DNA of 64,000 nucleotides, taken from contig FR887775.1 of NCBI GenBank assembly GCA_000432735.1, positions 21,074 through 85,073 of the forward strand, in the 5' to 3' direction. This document shows positions 62,001 to 64,000 of the stretch, one piece after another (within the stretch, counting starts at the first letter, position 1; each line of letters begins with the position of its first letter). A program made the position numbers and the translations under genes. Origin of the DNA: Bacteroides sp. CAG:443. Its GTDB lineage: Bacteria > Bacteroidota > Bacteroidia > Bacteroidales > Bacteroidaceae. The notes under the pieces were generated by a model, which made no database searches, was not told where the DNA came from, and saw only the letters and a program-made list of their open reading frames with translations.

Positions 62001-62459
62001 GCCTTCCAACAAACGAGAAAAATCTGCCTGTGGAGAAAAAGCAAAATCTTTCGTAGAAATCTTGGCAGCAGCTCCGACGAATATTCGACTATTGACTTGA
62101 TTATATCCTGTAACGACCACTTCTTCCAGCGAGTTATCGGAAGATTCCAACTCTACTTTTATAAATCGGTCCTCCCCAACCAATATGCTTTTCTGCTTCA
62201 TCCCGACATAATCGAAAAGCAATGTCTGCCCTTTATGGACCTGCATGGAAAACTTTCCGTCAAGATCGGAAACCGTACCTTTGGAAGTACGTAACTCTCG
62301 CACAGTCGCCCCCACTAAAGGTTCCCCATGAACATCCGTAATAATACCTTGTAGCAGCCAGCCAGAAGTCTGTTCTGGCTTGTTCTGTGCCCCAACCTCA
62401 TCTGTACCTATGAATAATAATACAAAGAGTACTTGTAAAATGGTTTTCATATCTCTCAT
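59076..62459 (-). CDS. SusC/RagA-family TonB-dependent outer-membrane transporter.
   Basis: 1127 aa. The N-terminal carboxypeptidase-regulatory-like domain is GIITDVHGEPLVGATVRELRTSKGTVSDLDGKFSM. The plug carries ATSLYGARGMNGVIIVTTK. The C-terminus ...SINTTF. It has no STN (anti-sigma signalling) domain. Confidence 0.85.
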   Translation of the reverse strand: MRDMKTILQVLFVLLFIGTDEVGAQNKPEQTSGWLLQGIITDVHGEPLVGATVRELRTSKGTVSDLDGKFSMQVHKGQTLLFDYVGMKQKSILVGEDRFIKVELESSDNSLEEVVVTGYNQVNSRIFVGAAAKISTKDFAFSPQADFSRLLEGRAPGLNISSVSSTFGVAPKMNIRGGGSINGNVQPLWVVDGAILEDFAPLDSEQLLSGDAITLISSNIAGLNPADIESIEVLKDASATSLYGARGMNGVIIVTTKSGERGKGLNLSYNLTLSKRFKPDYGQFDMMDSRETMKVYREMANKGYFTMNDALYARRGGVYTQMFERITNYNGNGVELANTDAAKDIFLRQAAGYNTDWFDLIYKDALMQNHSFSLSYGGEKSTTYASLSFYNDPGETVADRTKRVTVNLKNTLFLSDKVKTVIGIQANFRDQYAPGTFPRIKNLEAGAYKRDFDINPFSYALNTSRTLRPYDDSGRYEYYRNDWAPFNIMEEYQQNKMRIKMNEFRLFLQGNWTPVNDLHLSALLNVRHAVTHMMHSIGERSNVIGAYRANGNEVFRRDNIYLYRDGQSSAAQVAIPMGGIFDKTTRSLQSYIARISGDYSYSLGEHRLKIFSFAEVKMSDSDMDRFKGYGITFDKANGIATSPDIFKKTIAEGDDYFGVQHTYDRGIVFSGSLTYSYKNRYVANVVGNYEGSNLSGTSDRVRWLPTWNVGGRWNISEENFFQPAKNVWNKLAVRMSYGLVAKMNPHAINSVSVFDSKVTFRPDVHSREYAIYLRHLENRDLTWEKMYEFNVGLDVGLWNDRISGSLDVYRRNSFDLIDLIRTPGIGGEYQKWANFGDMKTTGFDLSLQTMNVQTKTFQWTTIFNFSYYNQRITRLINTPSTFDLVAGTGRGNLEGFPRGALYSFEFAGLNERGLPTFNWGNLPLEDNALSRVSGANFYDTRYNQSYLVYNGPVDPYITTGLSNVFQFKNWELSVFLSGQIGNKLRLAPTFDAEYGDLNVFTTRYRKRWLSKGDESRTDVPVIPGTDLITLIGRQNIERAYNAYNFSNVNVVDGSFIRMKSISLTYRIPTKACERLKLKSASVNLQLQNPFLIYSDKKLNGRDPEFVSSGGVAAPIQRTYSLSINTTF

Positions 62460-62714
62460 TTGCTAATTTTTTTTGCAAAAATATTCAGTATATACGGTAT
62501 ATGTCAATACCAACAAATAGGTATTTTTAATATTTATGCAAATAAAATACAACATTTTCTCTATCTTACAATAAGGGAAAATGTACTTTGTCGTTGTTTA
62601 TCAAGGAAATGCCTAGTATTAGTTTTCATAATAAATATTTACTATCACTATAAAGTGTTTATACGATTGTCTTTTATAGGCAGCGCTCTGTTGAGATGAA
62701 GGCATAAAAGAAAA

Positions 62715-62751
62715 TTCCCGTCACTGCCTAATTTGCCAACAGTGACGGGAA
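62715..62751. terminator. 12-bp perfect-stem hairpin (TTCCCGTCACTG / CAGTGACGGGAA) between the partial upstream gene and the SusC-like promoter region.
   Basis: Seen in the sequence. The loop is 13 nt. Confidence 0.4.
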
Positions 62752-62897
62752 CGATATTCTTCGTACAACCATTGAAAGCAACTATCACAGAAAATCATTG
62801 CTTTGGTTGAGTCTGAGAAGGAACGCATTAAGGTGAGCTTACTCTAAACACACAGAATGAAACACTACCTCCTCTTTGTTGAATAATCCACAAACTA

Positions 62898-64000
62898 TTA
62901 TTTGCCTATAGTAAAATTCAGACTTTTCATATTCTGTGCAATAACCCAAAGATACATAGTAGAAACAATGTGGATTGCAGAATTAAGTTCTTTCATTGAA
63001 GCATCCGGAGCATTATGCGACTCGCTGTTTCTCCATTGCTTTACTAATTCCAGATAATCATAGAATTTATGATACCTTTCATCTGTATTGTTTTTCAGAC
63101 CTCTCAGACAGCTGAGTGAGAATATACAATTTATAAATGTAGGCATACTGTTCTCATCCTTGTCATTTACCATTTCCTTGCCGTTCAACAAATAATATAC
63201 TTTTTTCAGGAACACTTCATATTTTGTCACAATGGTATTGAAATGCCTTCTTTTGTCTACCAGTTTCATTCCTTCCAGACAGTAAAGTCTGTTAAAAGAA
63301 TCAAGTAACAGCTCGTTTGCTCCATCGATAGAAGATGTAGTTTGAACTTTCAATACATCAATAAAGCACGATGCTACTGAATTGAAATCAGGAAGGAACT
63401 GCTTTAAGTCGGCAAACTCACTTTCTACATCTGATAGCAATTTTTGCTTGAACAGTTCCGGTATAAACGGTATTTCATCTTCCTTTTTCTTATAGTTTTC
63501 ATACATCACCTTAGCCATCTGTGTCATAACATTACGGTAGAAATCACTGTTTTCAAACAGTTTGGCGAAAGAGTCCATCTGCTCTACATAGCAGCCTCTT
63601 GCCACCTCATCGAATATCTGGGGAAAGATACTTTCCTCAAACTGCTTCTCGTCCGTATTGTTCGCCTGTTTTGTCAGCTTCTTTTTGGCTGTCGTGACCA
63701 TCTTATCGTAAATAGATTCCACTATAACACGGTCTGCCTCAGAGAACTGTCCCTGATACATGATGTTTACTTTATCAATGATACGGCTCAGCAAATCTTC
63801 ATTGTCGTTCTTTGGCTTTCCTGCTTTTGGATTTTCACCTTTTATCGGTTTATTGTTGTCACCCAAACAAATGGAAACGGTTTCTCCTTCAGATATTTTG
63901 GAGTTTACCAGCATAATCTGTTTGTCCAGATCTATTCTTTCCTTGGCGTTCTTAGGCAGCAGTCTGTACAGGTAGTCGGCATATACGTATGCTTTGTACA
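62898..64000 (-). CDS. Partial CDS (C-terminal 367 aa or more; the frame stays open to the window edge) with a DUF4145-like C-terminal domain.
   Basis: The reading frame has no stop between 63914 and 64000. The C-terminal WRNSESHNAPD region resembles the DUF4145 R..N.AH motif found at the ends of restriction/abortive-infection proteins. Confidence 0.55.
   Translation of the reverse strand, partial: YKAYVYADYLYRLLPKNAKERIDLDKQIMLVNSKISEGETVSICLGDNNKPIKGENPKAGKPKNDNEDLLSRIIDKVNIMYQGQFSEADRVIVESIYDKMVTTAKKKLTKQANNTDEKQFEESIFPQIFDEVARGCYVEQMDSFAKLFENSDFYRNVMTQMAKVMYENYKKKEDEIPFIPELFKQKLLSDVESEFADLKQFLPDFNSVASCFIDVLKVQTTSSIDGANELLLDSFNRLYCLEGMKLVDKRRHFNTIVTKYEVFLKKVYYLLNGKEMVNDKDENSMPTFINCIFSLSCLRGLKNNTDERYHKFYDYLELVKQWRNSESHNAPDASMKELNSAIHIVSTMYLWVIAQNMKSLNFTIGK

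Noticed and set aside
1-64000. CRISPR arrays, rRNA genes, intact integrases or toxin-antitoxin pairs
   Set aside because: No regularly spaced direct repeats, no rRNA-like conserved stretches and no recombinase-like ORFs were seen on either strand.

Overview
This window looks like a Bacteroidales (Bacteroides-like) chromosomal segment: lipoprotein-rich, with SusC/SusD genes, type-V-pilus-like fimbrillins, and a fucokinase/GDP-fucose pyrophosphorylase (Fkp) homologue, the bifunctional enzyme described in B. fragilis. It is mostly densely coding. In order, it contains: (1) a five-gene minus-strand fimbrillin-like operon (280-8410) led by a lipoprotein carrying a metzincin-type zinc-binding motif. 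(2) A 10 kb island of small redox/flavo/FeS proteins under AraC and HxlR regulators (9.8-20.2 kb). It contains a translationally coupled SPL-family radical SAM / second CxxxCxxC protein / MBL-fold hydrolase module. (3) A BtuB-like TonB-dependent receptor plus a lipoprotein. (4) cbiA, a djlA-like gene, and a glutathionylspermidine-synthase-family gene with a small lipoprotein. (5) rfbA-rfbC, a GNAT/nitrilase fusion, gmd-fcl-fkp-fucP, and pflA-pflB. (6) A tRNA-Ser/tRNA-Glu/tRNA-Ser array with an ISL3-like element remnant inserted directly after it, followed by a secreted repeat protein with a DnaJ-type zinc finger. (7) A nine-gene minus-strand operon (49219-62459). It runs SusC/SusD, three lipoproteins, a DUF4856-like protein, an imelysin-like protein, a second TonB-dependent receptor, and a fatty-acid-hydroxylase/sterol-desaturase-family membrane enzyme. 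I consider this operon the most likely candidate for an undescribed uptake/modification system. No CRISPR array, rRNA or intact integrase/transposase was found. All functional calls come from motif and architecture recognition by eye, not from database searches.
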